Assembly (NCBI RefSeq): GCF_006345805.1 | Contig: NC_043015.1 | Coordinates: 8,866,001 to 8,930,000 of the forward strand | DNA length: 64,000 nucleotides | Source: Octopus sinensis | Taxonomy: Eukaryota | Direction: 5' to 3' | Shown here: positions 25,701 through 40,662 of the stretch, piece by piece | Position numbering within the stretch: the first letter of the stretch is position 1 | How the letters are laid out: every line of letters starts with the position of its first letter | Position numbers and translations under genes: made by a program | Notes under the pieces: generated by a model | The model's input: only the letters and a program-made list of their open reading frames with translations | The model's database searches: none | What the model was told of the DNA's origin: nothing

Positions 25701-28700
25701 GCATACACGCTCGCACAAACAAAAAATATATACATAACCGCATACACGCTCGCACAAACCAAAAAATAATACATAACCGCATACTCGCTCGCACAAACCA
25801 AAAAATAAATACATAACCGCATACTCGCTCGCACAAACCAAACAATATATACATACCGCATACACGCTCGCACAAACCAAAAAAAAAATACATAACCGCA
25901 TACACGCTCGCACAAACCAAAAAATAAATACATAACCGCATACACGCTCGCACAAACCAAACAATATATACATAACCGCATACACGCTCGCACAAACCAA
26001 AAAATAAATACATAACCGCATACACGCTCGCACAAACCAAAAAATAAATACATAACCGCATACTCGCTCGCACAAACCAAAAAATAAATACATAACCGCA
26101 TACACGTTCGCACAAACCAAAAAATAAATACATAACCGCATACACGCTCGCACAAACCAAAAAATAAATACATAACCGCATACACGCTCGCACAAACCAA
26201 AAAATAAATACATAACCGCATACTCGCTCGCACAAACCAAAAAATAAATACATAACCGCATACTCGCTCGCACAAACCAAAAAATAAATACATAACAGCA
26301 TACACGCTCGCACAAACCAAAAAATAAATACATAACCGCATACACGCTCGCACAAACCAAAAAATAAATACATAACCGCATACTCGCTCGCACAAACCAA
26401 AAAATATATACATTACCGCATACACGTTCGCACAAACCAAAAAATAAATACATAACCGCATACACGCTCGCACAAACAAACCAAAAATAAATACATAACC
26501 GCATATTCGCTCGCACAAACCGAAAAATAAATACATAACCGCATACACGTTCGCACAAACCAAACAATAAATACATAACCGCATACACGCTCGCACAAAC
26601 CAAAAATAAATACATAACCGCATACACGCTCGCACAAACCAAAAAATAAATACATAACCGCATACACGCTCGCACAAACCAAAAAATAAATACATAACCG
26701 CATACACGCTCGCAGAAACCAAAAATAAATACATAACCGCATACACGCTCGCACAAACCAAAAAATAAATACATAACCGCATACACTCTCGCACAAACCA
26801 AAAAAAATACATAACCGCATACACGCTCGCACAAACCAAAAAATAAATACATAACCGCATACTCGCTCGCACAAACCAAAAAATAAATACATAACCGCAT
26901 ACTCGCTCGCACAAACCAAACAATATATACATAACCGCATACTCGCTCGCACAAACCAAAAAATATATACATAACCGCATACTCGCTCGCACAAACTAAA
27001 AAATATATACATCACTGCATACTCGCTCGCACAAACCAAAAAAGAAATACATAACCGCATACTCGCTCGCACAAACCAAAAAATATATACATAACCGCGT
27101 ACTCGCTCGCACAAACCAAAAAATATATACATAACCGCATACTCGCTCGCACAAACCAAAAAATATATACATAACCGCATACTCGCTCGCACAAACCAAA
27201 AAATAAATACATAACCGCATACTCGCTCGCACAAACCAAAAAATATATACATAACCGCATACTCGCTCGCACAAACCAAAAAATATATACATAACCGCAT
27301 ACTCGCTCGCACAAACCAAAAAATAAATACATAACCGCATACACGCTCGCACAAACCAAAAAATAAATACATAACCGCATACACGCTCGCACAAACCAAA
27401 AAATAAATACATAACCGCATACACGCTCGCACAAACAAAAAAAATATACATAACCGCATACACGCTCGCACAAACCAAAAAATAAATACATAACCGCATA
27501 CTCGCTCGCACAAACCAAAAAATAAATACATAACCGCATACTCGCTCGCACAAACCAAACAATATATACATAACCGCATACACGCTCGCACAAACCAAAA
27601 AATAAATACATAACCGCATACACGCTCGCACAAACAAAAAATAAATACATAACCGCATACACGCTCGCACAAACCAAACAATATATACATAACCGCATAC
27701 ACGCTCGCACAAACCAAAAAATAAATACATAACCGCATACACGCTCGCACAAACCAAAAATAAATACATAACCGCATACTCGCTCGCACAAACCAAAAAA
27801 TAAATACATAACCGCATACACGTTCGCACAAACCAAAAAATAAATACATAACCGCATACACGCTCGCACAAACCAAAAAATAAATACATAACCGCATACA
27901 CGCTCGCAACAAACCAAAAAATAAATACATAACCGCATACTCGCTCGCACAAACCAAAAAATAAATACATAACCGCATACTCGCTCGCACAAACCAAAAA
28001 AATAAATACATAACAGCATACACGCTCGCACAAACCAAAAAATAAATACATAACCGCATACACGCTCGCACAAACCAAAAAATAAATACATAACCGCATA
28101 CTCGCTCGCACAAACCAAAAAATATATACATTACCGCATACACGTTCGCACAAACCAAAAAATAAATACATAACCGCATACACGCTCGCACAAACCAAAA
28201 AATAAATACATAACCGCATATTCGCTCGCACAAACCGAAAAATAAATACATAACCGCATACACGTTCGCACAAACCAAACAATAAATACATAACCGCATA
28301 CACGCTCGCACAAACCAAAAAATAAATACATAACCGCATACACGCTCGCACAAACCAAAAAATAAATACATAACCGCATACACGCTCGCACAAACCAAAA
28401 AATAAATACATAACCGCATACGCGCTCGCAGAAACCAAAAAATAAATACATAACCGCATACACGCTCGCACAAACCAAAAAATAAATACATAACCGCATA
28501 CTCGCTCGCACAAACCAAAAAATAAATACATAACCGCATACACGCTCGCACAAACCAAAAAATAAATACATAACCGCATACTCGCTCGCACAAACCAAAA
28601 AATAAATACATAACCGCATACTCGCTCGCACAAACCAAACAATATATACATAACCGCATACTCGCTCGCACAAACCAAAAAATATATACATAACCGCATA

Positions 28701-31700
28701 CTCGCTCGCACAAACCAATAATATATACATAACCGCATACTCGCTCGCACAAACTAAAAAATATATACATAACCGCATACTCGCTCGCACAAACCAAAAA
28801 ATAAATACATAACCGCAAACTCGTTCGCACAAAACAAAAAATATATACATAACCGCATACTCGCTCGCACAAACCAAAAAATATATACATAACCGCATAC
28901 TCGCTCGCAAAAACCAAAAAATATATACATAACCGCATACTCGCTCGGACAAACCAAAAAATAAATACATAACCGCATACTTGCTCGCACAAACCAAAAA
29001 AATATACATAACCGCATACTCGCTCGCACAAACCAAAAAATATATACATAACCGCATACTCGCTCGCACAAACACAAAAAATAAATATAAACCGCATACT
29101 CGCTCGCACAAACCAAAAAATAAATACATAACCGCATACACGCTCGCACAAACCAAACAATATATACATAACCGCATACACGCTCGCACAAACCAAAAAA
29201 TATATACATAACCGCATACTCGCTCGCACAAACCAAACAATATATACATAACCGCATACACGCTCGCACAAACCAAAAAATATATACATAACCGCATACA
29301 CGCTCGCACAAACCAAAATATATATACATAACCGCATACACGCTCGCACAAACCAAACAATAAATACATAACCGCATACACGCTCGCACAAACCAAAAAA
29401 TATATACATAACCGCATACACGCTCGCACAAACCAAACAATAAATACATAACCGCATACACGCTCGCACAAACCAAACAATATATACATAACCGCATACA
29501 CGCTCGCACAAACCAAAAAATAAATACATAACCGCATACACGCTCGCACAAACCAAAAAATATATACATAACCGCATATACGATCGCACAATCCAAAAAA
29601 AATATACATAACCGCATACACGCTCGCACAAACCAAAAAAAAATACATAACCGCATACACGCTCGCACAAACCAAAAAATAAATACATAACAGCATACAC
29701 GCTCGCACAAACCAAACAATAAATACATAACCGCATTCACGCTCGCAAAAACCAAACAATAAATACATAACCGCATACACGCTCGCACAAACCAAACAAT
29801 ATATACATAACCGCATACACGCTCGCACAAACCAAACAATAAATACATAACCGCATACACGCTCGCACAAACCAAACAATAAATACATAACCGCATACAC
29901 GCTCGCACAAACGAAACAATAAATACATAACCGCATACACGCTCGCACAAACCAAACAAAATATACATAACCGCATACACGCTCGCACAAACCAAACAAT
30001 ATATACATAACCGCATACACGCTCGCACAAACCAAAAAATATATACATAACCGCATACACGCTCGCACAAACCAAACAATAAATACATAACCGCATACAC
30101 GCTCGCACAAACCAAAAAATTATACATAACCGCATACACGCTCGCACAAACCAAAAAATAAATACATAACCGCATACACGCTCGCACAACCAAAAAAAAA
30201 AAAATACATAACCGCATCGCATACACGCTCGCACAAAACAAAAAATAAATACATAACCGCATACACGCTCGCACAAACCAAACAATAAATACATAACCGC
30301 ATACTCGCTCGCACAAACCAAAAAATATATACCTAACCGCATACTCGCACAAACCAAAAAATAAATACATAACCGCATACACGCTCGCACAAACCAAACA
30401 ATATATACATAACCGCATACTCGCTCGCACAACCAAAAAATATATACATAACCGCATACTCGCTCGCACAAACCAAAAAATAAATACATAACCGCATACT
30501 CGCTCGCACAAACCAAACAATAAATACATAACCGCATACTCGCTCGCACAAACCAAAAAATATATACATAACCGCATACTCGCTCGCACAAACTAAAAAA
30601 TATATACATCACTGCATACTCGCTCGCACAAACCAAAAAAGAAATACATAACCGCATACTCGCTCGCACAAACCAAAAAATATATACATAACCGCGTACT
30701 CGCTCGCACACAAACCAAAAATATATACATAACCGCATACTCGCTCGCACAAACCAAAAAATATATACATAACCGCATACTCGCTCGCACAAACCAAAAA
30801 AAATAATACATAACCGCATACTCGCTCGCACAAACCAAAAAATATATACATAACCGCATACTCGCTCGCACAAACCAAAAAATATATACATAACCGCATA
30901 CTCGCTCGCACACAAAACCAAAATATATATACATAACCGCATACACGCTCGCACAAACCAAACAATAAATACATAACCGCCATACACGCTCGCACAAACC
31001 AAAAAATATATACATAACCGCATACACGCTCGCACAAACCAAACAATAAATACATAACCGCATACACGCTCGCACAAACCAAACAAATATATAACATAAC
31101 CGCATACACGCTCGCACAAACAAAAAAAATAAATACATAACCGCATACACGCTCGCACAAACCAAAAAATATATACATAACCGCATATACGATCGCACAA
31201 TCCAAAAAAAATATACATAACCGCATACACGCTCGCACAAACCAAAAAAAAATACATAACCGCATACACGCTCGCACAAACCAAAAAATAAATACATAAC
31301 AGCATACACGCTCGCACAAACCAAACAATAAATACATAACCGCATACACGCTCGCAAAAACCAAACAATAAATACATAACCGCATACACGCTCGCACAAA
31401 CCAAACAATATATACATAACCGCATACACGCTCGCACAAACCAAACAATAAATACATAACCGCATACACGCTCGCACAAACCAAACAATAAATACATAAC
31501 CGCATACACGCTCGCACAAACCAAACAATATATACATAACCGCATACTCGCTCGCACAAACCAAAAAATATATACATAACCGCATACTCGCTCTCGCTCG
31601 CACAAACCAAAAATAAATACATAACCGCATACTCGCTCGCACAAACCAAACAATAAATACATAACCGCATACTCGCTCGCACAAACCAAAAAATATATAC

Positions 31701-34700
31701 ATAACCGCATACTCGCTCGCACAAACTAAAAAATATATACATCACTGCATACTCGCTCGCACAAACCAAAAAAGAAATACATAACCGCATACTCGCTCGC
31801 ACAAACCAAAAAATATATACATAACCGCGTACTCGCTCGCACAAACCAAAAAAATATACATAACCGCATACTCGCTCGCACAAACCAAAAAAATATACAT
31901 AACCGCATACTCGCTCGCACAAACCAAAAAATAAATACATAACCGCATACTCGCTCGCACAAACCAAAAAATATATACATAACCGCATACTCGCTCGCAC
32001 AAACCAAAAAATAAATACATAACCGCATACACGCTCGCACAAACCAAAAAATAAATATACATAACCGCATACTCGCTCGCACAAACCAAAAAATATATAC
32101 ATTACCGCATACACGTTCGCACAAACCAAAAAATAAATACATAACCGCATACACGCTCGCACAAACAAAAAATAAATACATAACCGCATATTCGCTCGCA
32201 CAAACCGAAAAATAAATACATAACCGCATACACGTTCGCACAAACCAAACAATAAATAATAACCGCATACACGCTCGCACAAACCAAAAAATAAATACAT
32301 AACCGCATACACGCTCGCACAAACCAAAAAATAAATACATAACCGCATACACGCTCGCACAAACCAAAAAATATATACATAACCGCATACACGCTCGCAC
32401 AAACCAAAAAATAAATACATAACCGCATACACGCTCGCACAAACCAAAAAATAAATACATAACCGCATACACGCTCGCACAAACCAAAAAATAAATACAT
32501 AACCGCATACACGCTCGCACAAACCAAAAAATAAATACATAACCGCATACTCGCTCGCACAAACCAAAAAATAAATACATAACCGCATACTCGCTCGCAC
32601 AAACCAAACAATATATACATAACCGCATACTCGCTCGCACAAACCAAAAAATATATACATAACCGCATACTCGCTCGCACAAACCAATAAATATATACAT
32701 AACCGCATACTCGCTCGCACAAACTAAAAAATATATACATAACCGCATACTCGCTCGCACAAACCAAAAAATAAAACATAACCGCAAAACTCGTTCGCAC
32801 AAAACAAAAAATATATACATAACCGCATACTCGCTCGCACAAACCAAAAAAATATATACATAACCGCATACTCGCTCGCACAAACCAAAAAATATATACA
32901 TAACCGCATACTCGCTCGCACAAACCAAAAAATAAATACATAACCGCATACTCGCTCGCACAAACCAAAAAATATATACATAACCGCATACTCGCTCGCA
33001 CAAACCAAAAAATATATACATAACCGCATACTCGCTCGCACAAACCAAAAAATAAATATATAACCGCATACTCGCTCGCACAAACCAAAAAATAAATACA
33101 TAACCGCATACACGCTCGCACAAACCAAACAATATATACATAACCGCATACACGCTCGCACAAACCAAAAAATATATACATAACCGCATACTCGCTCGCA
33201 CAAACCAAACAATATATACATAACCGCATACACGCTCGCACAAACCAAAAATATATACATAACCGCATACACGCTCGCACAAACCAAAAATATATATACA
33301 TAACCGCATACACGCTCGCACAAACCAAACAATAAATACATAACCGCATACACGCTCGCACAAACCAAAAAATATATACATAACCGCATACACGCTCGCA
33401 CAAACCAAACAATAAATACATAACCGCATACACGCTCGCACAAACCAAACAATATATACATAACCGCATACACGCTCGCACAAACCAAAAAATAAATACA
33501 TAACCGCATACACGCTCGCACAAACCAAAAAATATATACATAACCGCATATACGATCGCACAATCCAAAAAAAAATATACATAACCGCATACACGCTCGC
33601 ACAAACCAAAAAAAAATACATAACCGCATACACGCTCGCACAAACCAAAAAATAAATACATAACAGCATACACGCTCGCACAAACCAAACAATAAATACA
33701 TAACCGCATACACGCTCGCAAAAAGCAAACAATAAATACATAACCGCATACACGCTCGCACAAACCAAACAATATATACATAACCGCATACACGCTCGCA
33801 CAAACCAAACAATAAATACATAACCGCATACACGCTCGCACAAACGAAACAATAAATACATAACCGCATACACGCTCGCACAAACGAAACAATAAATACA
33901 TAACCGCATACACGCTCGCACAAACCAAACAATATATACATAACCGCATACACGCTCGCACAAACCAAACAATATATACATAACCGCCTACACGCTCGCA
34001 CAAACCAAACAATAAATACATAACCGCATACACGCTCGCACAAAACAAAAAAAATATATACATAACCGCATACACGCTCGCACAAACCAAAAAATAAATA
34101 CATAACCGCATACACGCTCGCACAAACCAAAAAATAAATACATAACCGCATACACGCTCGCACAAACCAAAAAATAAATACATAACCGCATACACGCTCG
34201 CACAAACCAAACAATAAATACATAACCGCATACTCGCTCGCACAAACCAAAAAATATATACATAACCGCATACTCGCTCGCACAAACCAAAAAATAAATA
34301 CATAACCGCATACACGCTCGCACAAACCAAACAATATATACATAACCGCATACTCGCTCGCACAAACCAAAAAATATATACATAACCGCATACTCGCTCG
34401 CACAAACCAAAAAATAAATACATAACCGCATACTCGCTCGCACAAACCAAACAATAAATACATAACCGCATACTCGCTCGCACAAACCAAAAAATATATA
34501 CATAACCGCATACTCGCTCGCACAAACTAAAAAATATATACATCACTGCATACTCGCTCGCACAAACCAAAAAAGAAATACATAACCGCATACTCGCTCG
34601 CACAAACCAAAAAATATATACATAACCGCGTACTCGCTCGCACAAACCAAAAAATATATACATAACCGCATACTCGCTCGCACAAACCAAAAAATATATA

Positions 34701-37700
34701 CATAACCGCATACTCGCTCGCACAAACCAAAAAATAAATACATAACCGCATACTCGCTCGCACAAAAAAAAATATATACATAACCGCATACTCGCTCGCA
34801 CAAACCAAAAAATATATACATAACCGCATACTCGCTCGCACAAACCAAAAAATAAATACATAACCGCATACTCGCTCGCACAAACCAAAAAATAAATACA
34901 TAACCGCATAAACGCTCGCACAATCCAAACAATATATACATAACCGCATACACGCTCGCACAAACCAAAAAATATATACATAACCGCATACTCGCTCGCA
35001 CAAACCAAACAATATATACATAACCGCATACACGCTCGCACAAACCAAAAAATATATACATAACCGCATACACGCTCGCACAAACCAAAAAATATATACA
35101 TAACCGCATACACGCTCGCCAAAAACCAAACAATAAATACATAACCGCATACACGCTCGCACAAACCAAAAATATATACATAACCGCATACACGCTCGCA
35201 CAAACCAAACAATAAATACATAACCGCATACACGCTCGCACAAACCAAACAATATATACATAACCGCATACACGCTCGCACAAACCAAAAAATAAATACA
35301 TAACCGCATACACGCTCGCACAAACCAAAAAATATATACATAACCGCATACACGCTCGCACAAACCAAAAAATAAATACATAACCGCATACACGCTCGCA
35401 CAAAACAAAAAATAAATACATATCCGCATACACGCTCGCACAAACCAAAAAATAAATACATAACAGCATACACGCTCGCACAAACCAAACAATAAATACA
35501 TAACCGCATACACGCTCGCACAAACCAAACAATATATACATAACCGCATACACGCTCGCACAAACCAAACAATAAATACATTACCGCATACACGCTCGCA
35601 CAAACAAAACAATAAATACATAACCGCATACACGCTCGCACAAACCAAACAATAAATACATAACCGCATACACGCTCGCACAAACCAAACAATAATATAC
35701 ATAACCGCATACACGCTCGCACAAACCAAAACAATATATACATAACCGCATACACGCTCGCACAAACCAAAACAATATATACATAACCGCATACACGCTC
35801 GCACAAACAAAAAAATATATACATAACCGCATACACGCTCGGACAAACCAAAAAATAAATACATAACCGCATACACGCTCGCACAAACCAAAAAATAAAT
35901 ACATAACCGCATACACGCTCGCACAAACCAAAAAATAAATACATAACCGCATACACGCTCGCACAAACCAAACAATAAATACATAACCGCATACTCGCTC
36001 GCACAAACCAAAAAATATATACATAACCGCATACTCGCTCGCACAAACCAAAAAATAAATACATAACCGCATACACGCTCGCACAAACCAAACAATAAAT
36101 ACATAACCGCATACTCGCTCGCACAAATCAAAAAATATATACATAACCGCATACTCGCTCGCACAAACCAAAAAATAAATACATAACCGCATACTCGCTC
36201 GCACAAACCAAACAATAAATACATAACCGCATACTCGCTCGCACAAACCAAAAAATATATACATAACCGCATACACGCTCGCACAAACCAAACAATAAAT
36301 ACATAACCGCATACTCGCTCGCACAAACCAAAAAATAAATACATAACCGCATACTCGCTCGCACAAACCAAACAATAAATACATAACCGCATACTCGCTC
36401 GCACAAACCAAAAAATAAATACATAACCGCATACTCGCTCGCACAAACCAAAAATTAAATACATAACCGCATACACGCTCGCACAAACCAAACAATAAAT
36501 ACATAACCGCATACTCGCTCGCACAAACCAAACAATATATACATAACCGCATACACGCTCGCACAAACCAAACAATATATACATAACCAAATACACGCTC
36601 GCACAAACAAAAAATAAATACATAACCGCATACACGCTCGCACAAACCAAACATATATACATAACCGCATACTCGCTCGCACAAACAAAAAAAAATATAT
36701 ACATAACCGCATACTCGCTCGCACCAAACCAAAAAATAAATACATAACCGCATACTCGCTCGCACAAACCAAACAATAAATACATAACCGCATACTCGCT
36801 CGCACAAACCAAAAAATATATACATAACCGCATACACGCTCGCACAAACGAAAAAATATATACATAACCGCATACTCGCTCGCACAAACCAAAAAATATA
36901 TACATAACCGCATACACGCTCGCACAAACCAAAAAATATATACATAACCGCATACTCGCTCGCACAAACAAAAAATATATACATAACCGCATACACGCTC
37001 GCACCAAACCAAAAAATATATACATAAACGCATACACGCTCGCACAAACCAAAAAATATATACATAAACGCATACACGCTCGCACAAACCAAAAAATATA
37101 TACATAACCGCATACTCGCTCGCACAAACCAAAAAAATATATACATAACCGCATACACGCTCGCACACAAACCAAAAAATATATACATAACCAAATACAC
37201 GCTCGCACAAACCAAAAAATATATACATAACCGCATACACGCTCGCACAAACCAAAAAATAAATACATAACCGCATACACGCTCGCACAAACCAAAAAAT
37301 AAATACATAAACGCATACACGCTCGCACAAACCAAAAAATATATACATAACCGCATACTCGCTCGCACAAACCAAACAATAAATACATAACGCATACATA
37401 CTCGCTCGCACAAACCAAAAAATAATACATAACCGCATACACGCTCGCACAAACCAAACAATAAATACATAACCGCATACACGCTCGCACAAACCAAAAA
37501 ATAAATACATAACCGCATACACACGCTCGCACAAACCAAAAAATAAATACATAACCGCATACTCGCTCGCACAACCAAAAAATATATACATAACGCGCAT
37601 ACACGCTCGCACAAACCAAACAATAAATACATAACCGCATACACGCTCGCACAAACCAAAAAATATATACATAACCGCATACACGCTCGCACAAACCAAA

Positions 37701-39484
37701 AAATATATACATAACCACATACACGCTCGCACAAATCAAACAATAAATACATAACCGCATACACGCTCGCACAAACCAAACAATATATACATAACCGCAT
37801 ACACGCTCGCACAAACCAAACAATAAATACATAACCGCATACACGCTCGCACAAACCAAACAATAAATACATAACCGCATACACGCTCGCACAAACCAAA
37901 CAATAAATACATAACCGCATACACGCTAGCACAAACCAAACAATAAATACAAAACCGCATACACGCTCGCACAAACCAAACAATAAATACATAACCGCAT
38001 ACACGCTCGCACAAACCAAACAATATATACATAACCGCATACCACGCTCGCACAACCAAAAAATATATACATAACCGCACACACGCTCGCACAAACCAAA
38101 CAATATATACATAACCGCATACTCGCTCGCACAAACCAAACAATATATACATAACCGCATACACGCTCGCACAAACCAAACAATATATACATAACCGCAT
38201 ACACGCTCGCACAAACCAAACAATATATACATAACCGCATACACGCTCGCACAAACCAAACAATAAATACATAACCGCATACACGCTCGCACAAACCAAA
38301 CAATAAATACATAACCGCATACACGCTCGCACAAACCAAACAATAAATACATAACCGCATACACGCTCGCACAAACCAAACAATAATACATAACCGCATA
38401 CACGCTCGCACAAACCAAACAATAAATACATAACCGCATACACGCTCGCACAAACCAAACAATATATACATAACCGCATACACGCTCGCACAAACCAAAC
38501 AATATATACATAACCGCATACACGCTCGCACAAACCAAACAATATATATAACCGCATACACGCTCGCACAAACTAAACGATAAATACATAACCGCATACA
38601 CGCTCGCACAAACCAAACAATATATACATAACCGCATACACGCTCGCACAAACCAAACAATATATACATAACCGCATACACGCTCGCACAAACCAAACAA
38701 TAATACATAACCGCATACACGCTCGCACAACCAAAAAATTTATTCATAACCGCATACACGCTCGCACAAACCAAAACATATATACATAACCGCATACACG
38801 CTCGCACAAACCAAAAAATATATACATAACCGCATACACGCTCGCACAAACCAAACAATATATACATAACCGCATACACGCTCGCACAAACCAAACAATA
38901 TATACATAACCGCATACACGCTCGCACAACCCAAACAATATATACATAACCGCATACACGCTCGCACAAACCAAAAAATATATACATAACCGCATACACG
39001 CTCGCACAAACCAAACAATATATACATAACCGCATACACGCTCGCACAAACCAAACAATATATACATAACCGCATACACGCTCGCACAAACCAAACAATA
39101 TATACATAACCGCATACACGCTCGCACAAACCAACAATATATACATAACCGCATACACGCTCGCACAAACCAAACAATATATACATAACCAAATACACGC
39201 TCGCACAAACCAAAAAATATATACGTAACCGCATACACGCTCGCACAAACCAAACAATATATACATAACCGCATACACGCTCGCACAAACCAAACAATAT
39301 ATACATAACCGCATACACGCTCGCACAAACCAAACAATATATACATAACCAAATACACGCTCGCACAAACCAAAAAATATATACATAACCGCATACACGC
39401 TCGCACAAACAAAAAATATATACATAACCAAATACACGCTCGCACAAACCAAAAAATATATACATAACCGCATACACGCTCGCA
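19769..39484. repeat. 40-bp satellite array (~19.7 kb, roughly 490 units by length/40) with higher-order structure
   Basis: Consensus aaaccaaaMaataWatacataaccgcatacWcgctcgcac, head-to-tail in one orientation. Three common biallelic sites plus rare recurring marker variants. Confidence 0.99.
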
Positions 39485-40488
39485 TAGACACGCGCACAAA
39501 AACGTTTCATACACACGTCTATATACGCACATGTACAAAAAAAAACAGGACTAAAGGCAAAATACAGGAAAATGTGTAAAAAGGTGTAAAAAAACAAGCC
39601 ATAAGATTCAAACACGTCTATATACGCACATACTCGCATACACACATACGCACACGTCTATATACTCACATTCCCGCCCACACGCACACTCCCAAACACG
39701 CGCTCAAAAATTCATTGACACGTCTATATAAGCACAGGAAAAAATGCTGAGTGGAAGGTAGAATTTATATATATATTATATATATTCTTTTACATATTTA
39801 TAAAGATTTATAGTTTTATTGCTCATATATTTTTTACACATAATTTTTCTCTATTCTACCTACAACCCTGCAATTTTCCTGTGCGTCATTTCTGAACCTG
39901 TTCATAAATCTGATAAATTCGTCTACGCTAATTGTTTATGCACGCAAACATAGATATATAAATACGGAAAGCATGATAATATTTCTCCTTTTCGACAAAA
40001 TTAGACATTGTAACCTAGTAAATGTTGGATACATTGCATATACCTTCTCCCCTAAACTTATTGTGAATTGCCCTTATATTAAAAACGTGTAAATGTTCAG
40101 AATATCTGAAATATGCCACCTCTTATTAATGATAAGTCCACCTCTTATTAATGATCCAAATGCTTCAACACAGGCTATTCTGTACTCCTCGCTCACGTAT
40201 ATCTACTTTCCACGTCTACGTGGTTCATCTCCAATTGCACATTTTTGGGTGAGTTATTACGCACCCTCTCTCTCTCTCTCATTTCCTCTCTCTCTCTCTC
40301 ACACACACACACAGTTTCGCGCACATGTTCAGTCACATACACAATCTCTCAAACTAACATGCTAAAGGTCATAAGCAACCTATGAATACAGGTATATTGC
40401 TATCAGCAATTTTTCAACAGAATATCATGATCTGGTATTTCATTGTAGCATATTGGTCTCACATCCTGTCACAAGTTCATTAAAACCT

Positions 40489-40662
40489 GATTAAGTCGAT
40501 AGCATCGACCCCAGCAATCAGCTGGCATTTATTGTATCAACACCGAAAGGACGAAAAGTTGAAAAGTCGATCTCTGAGAAATTTAATCGCATAAAATATA
40601 TACGAACGAACTGCTGTTAAGCATTTCGCCAGGCGTGTAACCGATTTTGCCAGTTCCCTGCC
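40489..40662 (-). mobile_element. SINE family A, diverged copy
   Basis: gattaagtcgat...tcgacccca...ccgaaagga.gaaa...aagtcga...aagcatttcgcc.ggcgtg.taac..ttttgccag is the reverse complement of the family A 5' half. Confidence 0.7.

Noticed and set aside
19769-39484. CRISPR array
   Set aside because: There are no unique spacers (the whole 40 bp repeats), no cas genes, and the context is eukaryotic.
19769-39484. Telomeric or interstitial telomeric repeat
   Set aside because: The unit contains no TTAGGG or TTAGG tract; only the strand skew is telomere-like.
19709-39645. Very long minus-strand ORFs as real protein-coding genes
   Set aside because: All three frames are open with the same 40-aa period, single-base indels switch frames freely, and there is no unique domain. 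They are a product of a stop-free 40-bp unit.
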